Shown: piece by piece, positions 38,047-47,645 of the stretch
Numbering within the stretch: position 1 is the stretch's first letter
Layout of the letters: every line of letters starts with the position of its first letter
DNA from: Cenarchaeum sp.
GTDB taxonomy: Archaea; Thermoproteota; Nitrososphaeria; Nitrososphaerales; Nitrosopumilaceae
Reading direction: 5' to 3'
DNA length: 64,000 nt
NCBI GenBank assembly: GCA_965242695.1
Contig: CBDESU010000002.1
Coordinates: 1,344,001-1,408,000, forward strand
Translations under genes and position numbers: made by a program
Notes under the pieces: generated by a model
What the model was told of the DNA's origin: nothing
The model's input: only the letters and a program-made list of their open reading frames with translations
Database searches by the model: none

Positions 38047-39336
38047 GTGAACGTCACGGAGAAGATACTCGCGCGCGCGTCCGGCCGACGGTCCGTCTCG
38101 CCCGGCGACGTCGTGGTCGCCGGCATAGACCGCGCCATGGTCCACGACGTCTCCGGCCCCGGCGTCATAAAGGTCTTTGAGCGCCTAGAGGCCGAGGGCA
38201 TCGACACGTCGCGGCTGTGGGACCCGTCGCGCGTGTGGGTCGCCGAGGACCACTTCGTGCCGTCGGCCGAGAAGATATCGGCCGAGAACGTGGCACGGCT
38301 GGAGCGCTTTGCCGAGTCGCGTGGGGTGGCGCGCCACTTCAAGTACGGCATGGGCCAGTACGGCATATGCCACACCCTGTCCCACGAGGAGGCCATGGTG
38401 GCGCCCGGCGAGGTGTACGTCGGCGGCGACTCGCACACGAACACGACGGGGGCGCTCGGCGCGTTCGCATGCGGCCTTGGTCACACCGACATGGCGTACG
38501 CCCTGCTGCACGGCCGCATGTGGTTCCGCGTGCCAGAGGCGCTGTTGCTCAGGGTCCGCGGCCCACTCCCGCCCCATACTATGGCAAAGGACCTCATACT
38601 GCGCATCATTGGCGACATCGGCACCGACGGCGCAGCGTACCGGACCATGGAGTTTGCAGGCGACGGCGTCTCTGCAATGTCCGTCGAGGAGCGGCTCACG
38701 CTCACGAACATGACGACCGAGGCCGGCGCCAAGAACGGGATCGTCGAGCCGGACGCAAAGGTGGCAGAGTACCTGTCTTCGAAGGGCGCCGGCCAGGCCG
38801 CGTGCGATGCCTCGTCGTACACGCACGGCGACGGCGACGAGGGCGACTATGCGAGGGTGCTAGAGTACGACGGCCCCGAAATCGAGCCGCTCGTGGCCGA
38901 GCCGTTCTCGCCGGCCAACGTGGCGCCGGCGCGCGACGAGTCGTCTGTCGAGCTCGACAAGGCGTACATCGGGTCGTGCACGGGGGCAAAGATGGACGAC
39001 CTAGAGGCGGCCGCGCGCATCCTAAAGGGGCGCACCGTCAGGATACGCACCGAGGTAGTCCCGGCGGCCATCTCGATATACCGGAGGGCCGTCGAGCGGG
39101 GCCTCGTCTCGATCTTTTTGGCCGCCGGAGCCACGGTCGGGCCGCCTACGTGCGGGGCGTGCTGCGGCGCGCACATGGGCGTGCTCGGCGCCGGCGAGGT
39201 GTGCGTGAGCACGACCAACCGCAACTTTCCCGGGCGCATGGGGCACGTCGAGTCGCGCACGTACCTTGCGTCGCCGCAGGTGGCCGCCGCCTCGGCCGTT
39301 ACTGGGCGCATAACCGACCCGAGGGATCTGAATTGA
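38047..39336 (+). CDS. Archaeal-type isopropylmalate isomerase/homoaconitase large subunit
   Basis: DH, GICH, DSHT, IGSCTG, CGACCG, STTNRNFPGRMG. Confidence 0.9.
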   Translation: MNVTEKILARASGRRSVSPGDVVVAGIDRAMVHDVSGPGVIKVFERLEAEGIDTSRLWDPSRVWVAEDHFVPSAEKISAENVARLERFAESRGVARHFKYGMGQYGICHTLSHEEAMVAPGEVYVGGDSHTNTTGALGAFACGLGHTDMAYALLHGRMWFRVPEALLLRVRGPLPPHTMAKDLILRIIGDIGTDGAAYRTMEFAGDGVSAMSVEERLTLTNMTTEAGAKNGIVEPDAKVAEYLSSKGAGQAACDASSYTHGDGDEGDYARVLEYDGPEIEPLVAEPFSPANVAPARDESSVELDKAYIGSCTGAKMDDLEAAARILKGRTVRIRTEVVPAAISIYRRAVERGLVSIFLAAGATVGPPTCGACCGAHMGVLGAGEVCVSTTNRNFPGRMGHVESRTYLASPQVAAASAVTGRITDPRDLN

Positions 39337-39869
39337 GGGGCAAGGCCATAAAGTACGAGCGCGACAACATCGACACCGACGTGATCATACCCGGCGCGTA
39401 CCTAAAGATCCACGACCACGACGAGCTCGCAAGGCACGCCATGGAGGGGCTGGACGCGTCGTTCGCCGAAAAGGCCGCCGGCGGATCGTTCGTCGTGGCC
39501 GGGCGCAACTTCGGGTGCGGCTCGTCGCGCGAGCACGCCCCGATCGCCCTGTCCCGCTCGGGGGTGCGCGGCGTGATCGCCGTCTCGTTCGCGCGCATAT
39601 TCTACCGCAACTCGGTCGACGGCGCGTTCCTGCTGCCCATCGAGGTCGGCGAGGACGTGTACCGGTCGATCTCGGACGGCGACGAGCTCGACGTCGACGT
39701 CGACGCGGGGACTGTATCGAACGCGGCGACGGGGGCCGTTCACCGGATCAGGCCCTTTCCGGACGTAGTCCTCAAGATCATCCGCGCCGGCGGGCTGTTC
39801 AAGGTCGACCTGGACGCGCTGGCCGACGCCGGTGACGGGGCCGGCAAGGGGGGCGGGGGCGGGCAATGA
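39333..39869 (+). CDS. Archaeal-type isopropylmalate isomerase/homoaconitase small subunit
   Basis: [31 protein letters not shown]; TTG 39333. Confidence 0.9.
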   Translation: MRGKAIKYERDNIDTDVIIPGAYLKIHDHDELARHAMEGLDASFAEKAAGGSFVVAGRNFGCGSSREHAPIALSRSGVRGVIAVSFARIFYRNSVDGAFLLPIEVGEDVYRSISDGDELDVDVDAGTVSNAATGAVHRIRPFPDVVLKIIRAGGLFKVDLDALADAGDGAGKGGGGGQ

Positions 39870-41332
39870 CGGCCGGGGATGCGGGCTCCGGCTCTGGCGG
39901 CGGAGGCGGCCCCCGCACCATGCTCGACAAGATCTGGGATGCGCACGAGGTCGCGCGCCGGCCCGGCGGAGGCGGCCCCTCCCTCCTGTACGTCGACAGG
40001 CACCTTGTCCACGAGGTGACGTCGCCGCAGGCGTTCGCCGGCCTGCGCGCCGCCGGCAGGCGCGTCCGCCGCCCCGACCTGACGCTCGCCACGGCCGACC
40101 ACAACGTGCCGACGACGGCCCGCGGCCGGTCTCTGCCCATGGCCGACGGCACGTCGGCAGCCCAGCTCGAGGCGCTCTCGCGCAACTGCGGCGAGTTTGG
40201 CATCGAGCTGTTCGGGATGGGGCACCCCGACCAGGGCATAGTGCACGTCATCGGGCCAGAGCTCGGCTTTACGCTGCCCGGCGCGACGATCGTCTGCGGC
40301 GACAGCCACACCTCGACGCACGGCGCGTTCGGCGCCCTCGCGTTCGGCATCGGCACGAGCGAGGTCGAGCACGTCCTGGCCTCGCAGTCCGTCTGGATGC
40401 ACAGGCCCGAGTCGATGCTCGTGAGGATGGAGGGGTTGCTGCCGGGCACGGGGGCCGTGACGGCAAAGGACGCCATCCTGTCTGTCATACGCGAGACGGG
40501 CACGGCCGGCGCGACCGGCGCCGTAATCGAGTACGCCGGGCCGGCCGTCTCGGCCATGACGATGGAGGAGAGGATGACCGTGTGCAACATGTCCATCGAG
40601 GCCGGCGCGAGGGCCGGAATGGTCGCCCCCGACGATCGCACGTTCGAGTTTCTGCGAGGCAGGCGGTACGCGCCGGCCGGCGATGCGTTCGACGAGGCCG
40701 CAGAGGCGTGGCGGTCCCTCCCGTCCGACCCGTCCGCGCGGCACGACCGCGAGCTCGAGCTTGACGCATCGGCGATCGCCCCGCAGGTCAGCTGGGGGAC
40801 GAGCCCCGGCATGACGTGCGACGTGACCGGCTCCGTTCCCGACCCCGCCGAGTACGCCGCCGGCGATGCGGGCCAGGAGGACGGCGCGCGCGCGGCCCTC
40901 GAGTACATGGGGCTAGAGGCGGGCACGCCCATGACCGACGTGAGGATCGACCGCGTGTTCATCGGGTCGTGCACGAACGCGCGGCTAGGCGACCTTGCCG
41001 AGGCCGCCCGGGTCGCGCGCGGCCGCCGGGTCGCCGGCGGCGTGCGCGCAATGGTCGTACCCGGCTCGCAGTCCGTCAAGCGCGCAGCCGAGGAGGCCGG
41101 CCTCGACGCCGTGTTCCGCGACGCGGGGTTCGAGTGGCGCGAGCCCGGCTGCAGCATGTGCCTGGGGATGAACCCAGATGTCCTGGCATCCGGCGAGCGG
41201 TGCGCGAGCACGTCCAACCGGAACTTCGAGGGCAGGCAGGGCGCCGGCGGCCGCACGCACCTTGTCAGCCCCGTAATGGCGGCAGCGGCGGCCGTCGCCG
41301 GCAGGTTCGTCGACGTGCGGGAGTGGATCTGA
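39866..41332 (+). CDS. leuC: 3-isopropylmalate dehydratase large subunit (bacterial type)
   Basis: [52 protein letters not shown]. Confidence 0.95.
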   Translation: MTAGDAGSGSGGGGGPRTMLDKIWDAHEVARRPGGGGPSLLYVDRHLVHEVTSPQAFAGLRAAGRRVRRPDLTLATADHNVPTTARGRSLPMADGTSAAQLEALSRNCGEFGIELFGMGHPDQGIVHVIGPELGFTLPGATIVCGDSHTSTHGAFGALAFGIGTSEVEHVLASQSVWMHRPESMLVRMEGLLPGTGAVTAKDAILSVIRETGTAGATGAVIEYAGPAVSAMTMEERMTVCNMSIEAGARAGMVAPDDRTFEFLRGRRYAPAGDAFDEAAEAWRSLPSDPSARHDRELELDASAIAPQVSWGTSPGMTCDVTGSVPDPAEYAAGDAGQEDGARAALEYMGLEAGTPMTDVRIDRVFIGSCTNARLGDLAEAARVARGRRVAGGVRAMVVPGSQSVKRAAEEAGLDAVFRDAGFEWREPGCSMCLGMNPDVLASGERCASTSNRNFEGRQGAGGRTHLVSPVMAAAAAVAGRFVDVREWI

Positions 41333-41333
41333 G

Positions 41334-41972
41334 ACGCGCCCGTTCAGGGCCGTGACGAGCCCCGCCGTCCCCCTCGGCAGGGTCAACGTCGACACCGACC
41401 AGATAGTCCCAAAGCAGTTCCTCAAGCTCGTCGAGCGCACGGGGTTCGGCGAGCACCTGTTCCACAACTGGCGCAGGCTGCCCGACGGCGCCGCGCCGGA
41501 CCCGTCGTTCGTCCTCAACGATCCCGCCTACGAGTCCGCCCGCATCCTGGTCGCCGGCGACAACTTTGGGTGCGGCTCGTCGCGCGAGCACGCCGTATGG
41601 GCCCTGCTCGACTACGGGTTCGACGTGGTGATCGCCCCGTCGTTTGCCGACATATTCTACGGCAACTGCTTCAAGAACGGCCTGCTGCCCGTCGCGCTCG
41701 GCCGCGCCGACGTCGACGCGCTGCTCGCCGCATCGGCCGTACGGCCCGGCGCCGGGCCGCCCCCGCCCATCTCTGTCGACCTCGAGGCGCAGACCGTCTC
41801 GGCCGCCTGCATCGGCACGGTCGGGTTCGAGATCGGCGCCGACCGCCGGGCCGCCCTCCTCGGCGGCATGGACGAGATCGACCTCACGCTCGGGCAGTAC
41901 GGCGGGGCGATCTCTTCGTTCGAGTCCGGGCCGGGCGCGCCGCCATCCGCGCTACGATCTCGGCGGCCGTAG
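41334..41972 (+). CDS. leuD: 3-isopropylmalate dehydratase small subunit; probable ACG start (GTG 41352 alternative)
   Basis: [39 protein letters not shown] matches the usual LeuD M-x-[PK]-F start. Confidence 0.92.
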   Translation, partial: TRPFRAVTSPAVPLGRVNVDTDQIVPKQFLKLVERTGFGEHLFHNWRRLPDGAAPDPSFVLNDPAYESARILVAGDNFGCGSSREHAVWALLDYGFDVVIAPSFADIFYGNCFKNGLLPVALGRADVDALLAASAVRPGAGPPPPISVDLEAQTVSAACIGTVGFEIGADRRAALLGGMDEIDLTLGQYGGAISSFESGPGAPPSALRSRRP

Positions 41973-42699
41973 CCGCGTTGCGGTCGACGGCGGCCGGCGA
42001 CTCGGCGTCGATCCACGGCTCGCCGCCGACGTCGTACGCGCAGACCCTCCCCTCGGCGGCTAGCGCCTCTAGCACGTCGTACGAGAGGTTGACCTCGGCG
42101 GGCGGCCCGGCGCCGCGGCCCCGCCCGGCGGCTCGGCGCTTTTCGGCGGCCTTGCGGGCCACCCTCGGAAGCACGGCGGTCGACAGGACGTATATCCCGA
42201 GGCACTCGGCCATGGGCAGCGGCACGGTCGGCTTTTCGACGAACCTAGAGACGATCCCAGACTCGCCTACCTCGGCAAAGCCGGTCTCCTCCCTCCTCGA
42301 CGACCTCGTGGCCACGCAGGCGAGGCTGCCCGTGCGCCGCAGGAGCGCGTCCATGCCGAGCACGTCGGCGCGGCACAGGTTGTCGACAAACCACAGCACG
42401 AACGTCTCCTCGCCGCGCAGGTGCGGCCGGGCGCGCAGCAGGTCGCCGCCCGTGCCGGCCTGCGCGTCCTGGACCATCGTGACGCCGCGCCTGCCGCCCA
42501 TGTACCCGGCGATCTGGCCGCCGAGCCCGCCGAGGTCCGTCAGGACGACGGCCTCGTCGACGGGGCCGAGCGAGAGCAGGTACTCTACCACATGCGAGAC
42601 GAGCGGCCTGCCCTGCACGGGCATCATGGCCTTTGGAAAGTAGTCCGTGTACGGGCGGGCCCTCGTCCCCCTGCCGCCGGCCATTACGACGGCCTTCAT
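41884..42699 (-). CDS. Sugar-phosphate nucleotidyltransferase family protein
   Basis: [14 protein letters not shown]...PKAM, GTGG, FVEKP. Confidence 0.88.
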   Translation of the reverse strand: MKAVVMAGGRGTRARPYTDYFPKAMMPVQGRPLVSHVVEYLLSLGPVDEAVVLTDLGGLGGQIAGYMGGRRGVTMVQDAQAGTGGDLLRARPHLRGEETFVLWFVDNLCRADVLGMDALLRRTGSLACVATRSSRREETGFAEVGESGIVSRFVEKPTVPLPMAECLGIYVLSTAVLPRVARKAAEKRRAAGRGRGAGPPAEVNLSYDVLEALAAEGRVCAYDVGGEPWIDAESPAAVDRNAATAAEIVARMAARPARTRTKRSPRRTARA

Positions 42700-42708
42700 G
42701 CCCGCGCC

Positions 42709-43161
42709 CTACCGGTACGACTTTTGCCTGCGCCGGCGGGCGCCCGGGCCGCCGAACTTCTTGGGCTCCTTGCGCCGGGCATCGCCGCTGATCAGGTACT
42801 TGTCGAACATGTCGATCTTTGCGCGCAGCTCCTCGCGGACGGTCCTCTGCAGCGGGTGCGCCCTCGGCTCCCTCCTAGACTTTGTGCGGCCGACAAGCGC
42901 GCGCGATATGCCCGTCGCCGCCGCGCCGGCCTGGCCCATGTAGCCGCCGCCGCTGACCCTCACCGATATGTCGACCCTGTCGCGGACGTCGACGCCGGCG
43001 ATCTCGAGCGGAGCGAGTATGGTCTCGCGGGCCGAGGCCTGCCCGATCATCTCGACGGGCACGTTGTTGATCCTCACGCGGCCGGCCCCTTTCGTAATGT
43101 ACACGTGCGCCTTTGACGCCTTGCGCGTGGCGTAGTATATCTCGGCCTTTTGCGACGTCAT
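42709..43161 (-). CDS. rps9: 30S ribosomal protein S9 (uS9)
   Basis: GGGYMGQA, RRKEPKKFGGPGARRRRQKSYR; ATG 43161 overlaps the rpl13 stop. Confidence 0.96.
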   Translation of the reverse strand: MTSQKAEIYYATRKASKAHVYITKGAGRVRINNVPVEMIGQASARETILAPLEIAGVDVRDRVDISVRVSGGGYMGQAGAAATGISRALVGRTKSRREPRAHPLQRTVREELRAKIDMFDKYLISGDARRKEPKKFGGPGARRRRQKSYR

Positions 43162-43943
43162 CGCGTCCACCCCACGGCGTCGCCGAGGCTCTCCATAGTG
43201 GTGTACCCAGACGGGGCCCTCTTTATCATGGCCCTCTCGAACCTGACCCTCCTGTACGCGCCGAGCTCCCTCGGGGCGCCAATGTACGCGCGCAGGCGCC
43301 GGAGCGCGGCCCTGCCGGACGGCTTTTCCCTCGGCAGCATGCCCCTGATCATCCGCGAGATTATCGTGTCCGGGCGCCTCGGGTGGAACGGGCCGTGCTT
43401 GGGATGCAGTATGCTTGCAATCTCGAGAAACTCCCTGTACTCGCCGACGATGCTGCTGCGGGTGCCGCTGATCATGATCCGCTCGCAATTGACTATCGAG
43501 ACGCGGTTGCCGCCGAGGAGCAGCTTTGCCACGTTGGAAGCGAGGCGCCCTGCCACGTGGTTTGTCGCATCGACGACGATGGGGCAGTCCCTGCCGGCCA
43601 CCGCCTCGCGCGCCGCGCGCCGCTCGGCCCTGCTCTTCCTAGTGCGCGCCGCTCCGCCCTTTTGCGGCCCAGACTTTGATGCGACTGCGGGCAGCTCGAT
43701 CTCGGGCCTCGGCCCGCCCTGCTCGCCGGCCGCCCGATCCTCCCCGGCTCCCTGTTGCTCCTTGCGCGGCTCGGCCTCCGAGTCCTTGCGCGGCTCGGCC
43801 TCCGGCTCCTTGACCTCCGAGTCCTTGCGCGGCTCGGCCTCCGGCTCCTTGACCTCCGAGTCCTTGCGCGGCTCGGCCCCAGACTCCTCGGCCGACCGCC
43901 GCTCTTCGCCGGCAGCCCGCTCCTCGGCCTTGTCGTCAGCCAA
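43158..43943 (-). CDS. rpl13: 50S ribosomal protein L13 (uL13) with charged repeat N-terminal extension
   Basis: VDATNHVAGRLAS, GPFHPRRPD, RGMLP. Confidence 0.93.
   Translation of the reverse strand: MADDKAEERAAGEERRSAEESGAEPRKDSEVKEPEAEPRKDSEVKEPEAEPRKDSEAEPRKEQQGAGEDRAAGEQGGPRPEIELPAVASKSGPQKGGAARTRKSRAERRAAREAVAGRDCPIVVDATNHVAGRLASNVAKLLLGGNRVSIVNCERIMISGTRSSIVGEYREFLEIASILHPKHGPFHPRRPDTIISRMIRGMLPREKPSGRAALRRLRAYIGAPRELGAYRRVRFERAMIKRAPSGYTTMESLGDAVGWTR
43758..43879 (-). repeat. 39-bp/21-bp coding repeats (AEPRKDSEVKEPE) in the rpl13 extension
   Basis: TCCTTGCGCGGCTCGGCC occurs four times on the + strand. Confidence 0.9.
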
Positions 43944-44283
43944 GCAGGGCCACCTCCTTTCCCGTGGGATGCCTAGAGGTCATCTCGGCAAAGCTGATCA
44001 CGCTGCCGCCGGCCGCGGCGATCTTGCCGGCAACCGCCTCGGACATGCCGAACGCCGATATCGTAATGCCGTGCCCGATGCTGCCCGTGCCGAGAACCTT
44101 GCCGGGCACGACGACCACGTCCCCGTCCTTTGTCAGGCCCGCGATCTTGTTGAGGTTGACCGTCCTGCGGGCCCTTGTCGGCTTCAGCGCCAGCCTTGAC
44201 AGGCGCCTCCAGATCGGCGCCCTGCCGCCGCCATAGGCCTTGTACAGGTCGCGCGACAGGCGCACTGTGAGCGGGTTGGTCAT
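43936..44283 (-). CDS. rpl18e: 50S ribosomal protein L18e
   Basis: MTNP, VNLNKI, VVPGKVLGTG. Confidence 0.94.
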   Translation of the reverse strand: MTNPLTVRLSRDLYKAYGGGRAPIWRRLSRLALKPTRARRTVNLNKIAGLTKDGDVVVVPGKVLGTGSIGHGITISAFGMSEAVAGKIAAAGGSVISFAEMTSRHPTGKEVALLG

Positions 44284-44342
44284 TTACGGCCGCGCACTTG
44301 CGCCCAAATATAATATCTTGCCGGCTCGCGCCGGCGCGAGGC

Positions 44343-45440
44343 TTGGCTGAGGGGGCTCTACAGGGGGCTGCAGCGGCGCCGGCCGGCGCGCCTGCCGGCA
44401 TGCCGCGCGGACGCGGCGCCGGTTCGGAGGGGCCGGCCGGCGCGCCTGCCGCGGCAGCAGCAGCGCCAACAGCGCCGGCCGGCGCGCCTGCCGGCAGGTT
44501 TACCTTTCCAATGTCGGTGGCGGCCCTCCCGGGCGGGCGCATCTGCGTGGCAGACCGCCGCGCGTGCCGTTTGCGGGTGTACGGGCCGGCCGGCCGGCTC
44601 GAGCTCGCGCTCGGGTCCCGCGGCGGGCGGCCCGGGCAGTTCGCCCATCCGGCCGGCGTCGCATCCCTCCCCGGCGGGCGCATCTGCGTGGCCGACTGCG
44701 AAAACCACCGCGTGCAGGTGCTCGGGCCCCGCGGCGCCGGGTTCGTACCAGAGGCCGCGTTCGGCTCGCGCACGCCGGCCGCCGCCGCGGCCGCACAGGG
44801 CAGGGCCGCGCCGCCCGGGACGTTCCTCTTCCCACTCGGAGTCGCATCCCTCCCCGGCGGGCGCATCTGCGTGGCGGACACAAAGAACCACCGCGTGCAG
44901 GTGCTCGGGCCCCGCGGCGCGTTCGAGCTCGGGCTGGGATCCCGCGGCGCCGCGCGCCGCTCCTCCCTGCGCAGCCCGCTGGCGGTGGCGGCCGGCCCCC
45001 GCGGCCGCGTATATGCCGCCGGCGGCCTCTGCAGGACGGGGCCGGGCGGGGCGGGGGCCTGCGCGGATGCCGTGCACGTGTTCGGCCCCGCTGGCGATCT
45101 CGAGTTTGCGTTCGGGCCGCACGGGGCCGGCCGCGGCATGGTCGACTCGCCGTCGGGCCTCGCCGTCGACGCGCGCGGCTGCATCATACTCGCCGACACC
45201 GGCAACGACCGCGTGGTAGCATTCGACGATTCGGGCCGGTTCTCGCACGAGCTGGCGGGGCCCGCCCGCGGCGTCCGCGTCCGGAGGCCCACAGGGGTGG
45301 CGGTGCGCGCCGACGAAAGCGTGTGCGTTGCCGAGTCGTACGACAGCGGCGTGCTGGTGATCGATCCGTGCGGGATGGAGCTGCTCAGGTTCGGCGCCGG
45401 CGGGACGGGACGGGGGCCGGCGCCAGCCTCCGCTACCTGA
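44343..45440 (+). CDS. NHL-repeat (beta-propeller) protein
   Basis: Repeats GQFAHPAGVA...ICVAD..NHRVQV, PSGLAVD..G.IILADTGNDRV. Start uncertain (TTG 44343 or ATG 44400). Confidence 0.8.
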   Translation: MAEGALQGAAAAPAGAPAGMPRGRGAGSEGPAGAPAAAAAAPTAPAGAPAGRFTFPMSVAALPGGRICVADRRACRLRVYGPAGRLELALGSRGGRPGQFAHPAGVASLPGGRICVADCENHRVQVLGPRGAGFVPEAAFGSRTPAAAAAAQGRAAPPGTFLFPLGVASLPGGRICVADTKNHRVQVLGPRGAFELGLGSRGAARRSSLRSPLAVAAGPRGRVYAAGGLCRTGPGGAGACADAVHVFGPAGDLEFAFGPHGAGRGMVDSPSGLAVDARGCIILADTGNDRVVAFDDSGRFSHELAGPARGVRVRRPTGVAVRADESVCVAESYDSGVLVIDPCGMELLRFGAGGTGRGPAPASAT

Positions 45441-46029
45441 GATCGTCTATCGACGACTTGAAGTCGCCCAGCCTGCTGGACAGCTCGGCCACGCCGGCCA
45501 TGACGATCCGCTCGGGGAGTATCGCGCCGGTCGACTCTACCGTGAGCAGCCTCTCGTCGGGCGATGCACCGGACTCGGTCAGCACGGACACGTTGGCCGA
45601 GTTCCACTTTGCGTGGTCGGAGCCCTTGCCGAGCCTTGCGTACGCCTCGAGGCGCACGGACTGGCCCGGCGCGAGCTCGACGATCGGAATGTCGCCAGAC
45701 ACGGGCTTGACGTAGCTGTCCTCGGACGAGAGCTCCCTGGACAGGACGGTCCTGGTCTTGTGATCGGCCCTCGCATCTAGGGTGAGCATGACCTTGTCGT
45801 CGACCTCGTCCGTGGGGTCCGTCCTGAGCGGCACCAGGCCGAGCCTGTGGGCCACGGCCTCGTCGGCCATGACGGACGTGTTCTCCAAGACGTCCACGGT
45901 GTCGATGGCGTACACCGGTATGCCGTTGAGGCAGATGCGCCTCAGGGCGTTCGTGTACTGCACGGGCACGCCCTTTATCTTGAGGGTTATCCTTTTCTTG
46001 TCAAGGCTGACGACCTCTAGGGATGCCAA
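45433..46029 (-). CDS. rpoD: DNA-directed RNA polymerase subunit D (Rpo3)
   Basis: NALRR, ENTSVMADE..AHRLGLVP, GKGSDHAKW; TTG 46029 follows TTTTATAAA. Confidence 0.93.
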   Translation of the reverse strand: MASLEVVSLDKKRITLKIKGVPVQYTNALRRICLNGIPVYAIDTVDVLENTSVMADEAVAHRLGLVPLRTDPTDEVDDKVMLTLDARADHKTRTVLSRELSSEDSYVKPVSGDIPIVELAPGQSVRLEAYARLGKGSDHAKWNSANVSVLTESGASPDERLLTVESTGAILPERIVMAGVAELSSRLGDFKSSIDDLR

Positions 46030-46454
46030 CGAGCGGTGCGGCCCTTGAACTTTATAAAAGTCTAGGCTCGCATGCGCCCCCTGCGCGGCGCCCGTCCGCC
46101 CTGCGGCGCCGGCTTGCCGCGACCGGCGCCGCCCCTGCCGCACGGCCGCTCCCGCGCGCAGGCGCCCGTTGCGGCCTGCTCGGAGGGGAGGGGGCGGCGG
46201 CGGCTTGGCCCGACCGGGATCGGCGAGCAGGTGGCCGGCCCGCGGCGCGCCGGGACCGGACGCCGGATATGCCTGCCGGTCCTGAGCCTAGACGCGCCGC
46301 GCGCGGCGCAGAGCGCCGCTGCCGGCGCGCTGCTTTTATGGGCCGCGCGCATGCGCACGGCGTGAAGCGAAGGGCGCGGCGAAGAAGCGTCGCGCGGCGG
46401 GCCGCGCAGGCGGCCGGCCCGCCGGACATCGGCATGCCTGGCCCGCTGCACGGC

Positions 46455-47249
46455 ATGGCGAATGGCGAGTCGGATCCGTTCGCGGCGGATCCTGAGCCGA
46501 GTGTCAGGCGGGCAATCGAGGCCGAGGAAGATGCGGCAGAGATCGAGAGGGCCGCGGCGTCGGGCGAGTCGCCAGGGGCCCGGCGGGAGATGGAGGCCAG
46601 GCGGGCGGCCGAGGCCGAGGAGGCCAGGCGGGCGGCCGAGGAGGCCAGGCGGGCGGCCGAGGCGGTCGAGTGGCCGTCGCTGGTCGAGGCGGAGCGGACG
46701 GGCGAGGCCGGCGACTACCTGGCCGCGGCGGCGGACCTGCTGAACGAAGGCGAATACGAGATGTCGGACGAGGCGGCCATGAAGGCCGCAGAGGCGGCGG
46801 CGGGGCTGACGGCAGGGGCCAAGCGGGACGCGGCTGCCAGGATGGCGGCGGCGCGCGAGCAGGGCATCGCGGCCAAGCGAACGGGCGAGGCCGGAGACTA
46901 CCTGGCCGCGGCGGCGGCGTGGCTGAGTGCCGGCGAATACGAGCTGTCGGACAGGGCGGCCGAGAAGGCCGCGAAGGCGGCAGCCGGGCGCGCGGACGGG
47001 GCGGCCGAGAAGGCCGCGAAGGCGGCATCCATGCATGCGATTGCGGCCGGGCGGATGGCTGTGCGCGATCGTGCGGCCGCCGCGCGGGCTGCGCGCTACA
47101 AGGCGGACGTCGCCGAGCGAACGGGCGAGGCCGGAGACTACCTAGCCGCGGCGGCGGCGTGGCTGGACGCGGGCGAGCATGCACTGTCGGAGGAGGCCGC
47201 AGGCAGGGCGGCAGGGGTGGCGGCCCAGAGGGCGGAAGAGGGCAGGTAG
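46455..47249 (+). CDS. Ala/Glu-rich helical repeat protein of unknown function
   Basis: Three copies of RTGEAGDYLAAAA..L..GE...S..AA; GAG/GCC-rich coding-like codon usage. Confidence 0.6.
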   Translation: MANGESDPFAADPEPSVRRAIEAEEDAAEIERAAASGESPGARREMEARRAAEAEEARRAAEEARRAAEAVEWPSLVEAERTGEAGDYLAAAADLLNEGEYEMSDEAAMKAAEAAAGLTAGAKRDAAARMAAAREQGIAAKRTGEAGDYLAAAAAWLSAGEYELSDRAAEKAAKAAAGRADGAAEKAAKAASMHAIAAGRMAVRDRAAAARAARYKADVAERTGEAGDYLAAAAAWLDAGEHALSEEAAGRAAGVAAQRAEEGR

Positions 47250-47328
47250 GAACCAATACCCACACCATGCCAGAATCCTGCAGCGCATGCCGCGCGCCGC
47301 GCCGTCCGCTCCCCCTGCGGCCCGCGCA

Positions 47329-47435
47329 GCCACCGTCGCCGCGCCCCCACGGCCCCTGTCCATCTTGGTCTTGACCAGGTGGTAGGCGTAGGGGACGGCG
47401 CCACCGTCGCCGCGCCCCCACGGCCCCTGTCCATC
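47329..47435. repeat. Intergenic 36-bp direct repeat x2 separated by 35 bp
   Basis: GCCACCGTCGCCGCGCCCCCACGGCCCCTGTCCATC at 47329-47364 and 47400-47435. Confidence 0.88.
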
Positions 47436-47645
47436 CCTGCCTGCGTCGACCCGCGCCCCGACGCGGGGCCGACCGAGCGCGAGCAGCAGGCGCGCCCCGG
47501 CCATGGCCGGCGGGCAGCCCCAACTCCTGGGCGAGCGCCGGCCGCGCCCCGCTGCCCGGCGATCTCCCTCCCCCCCCTGCCCTGACCCTGCGCCCCCGCA
47601 GGCCGCCCATCAGATAAATAGCGAGTACCCGGCGGCTCCGCCGCA

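Noticed and set aside
38217-39332. Long N-terminal extensions in the ORF track (also ORFs starting at 11516, 25445, 54806, 57268, 60204, 60347)
   Set aside because: Shadow-frame read-through; recognisable similarity and TATA spacing indicate downstream starts.
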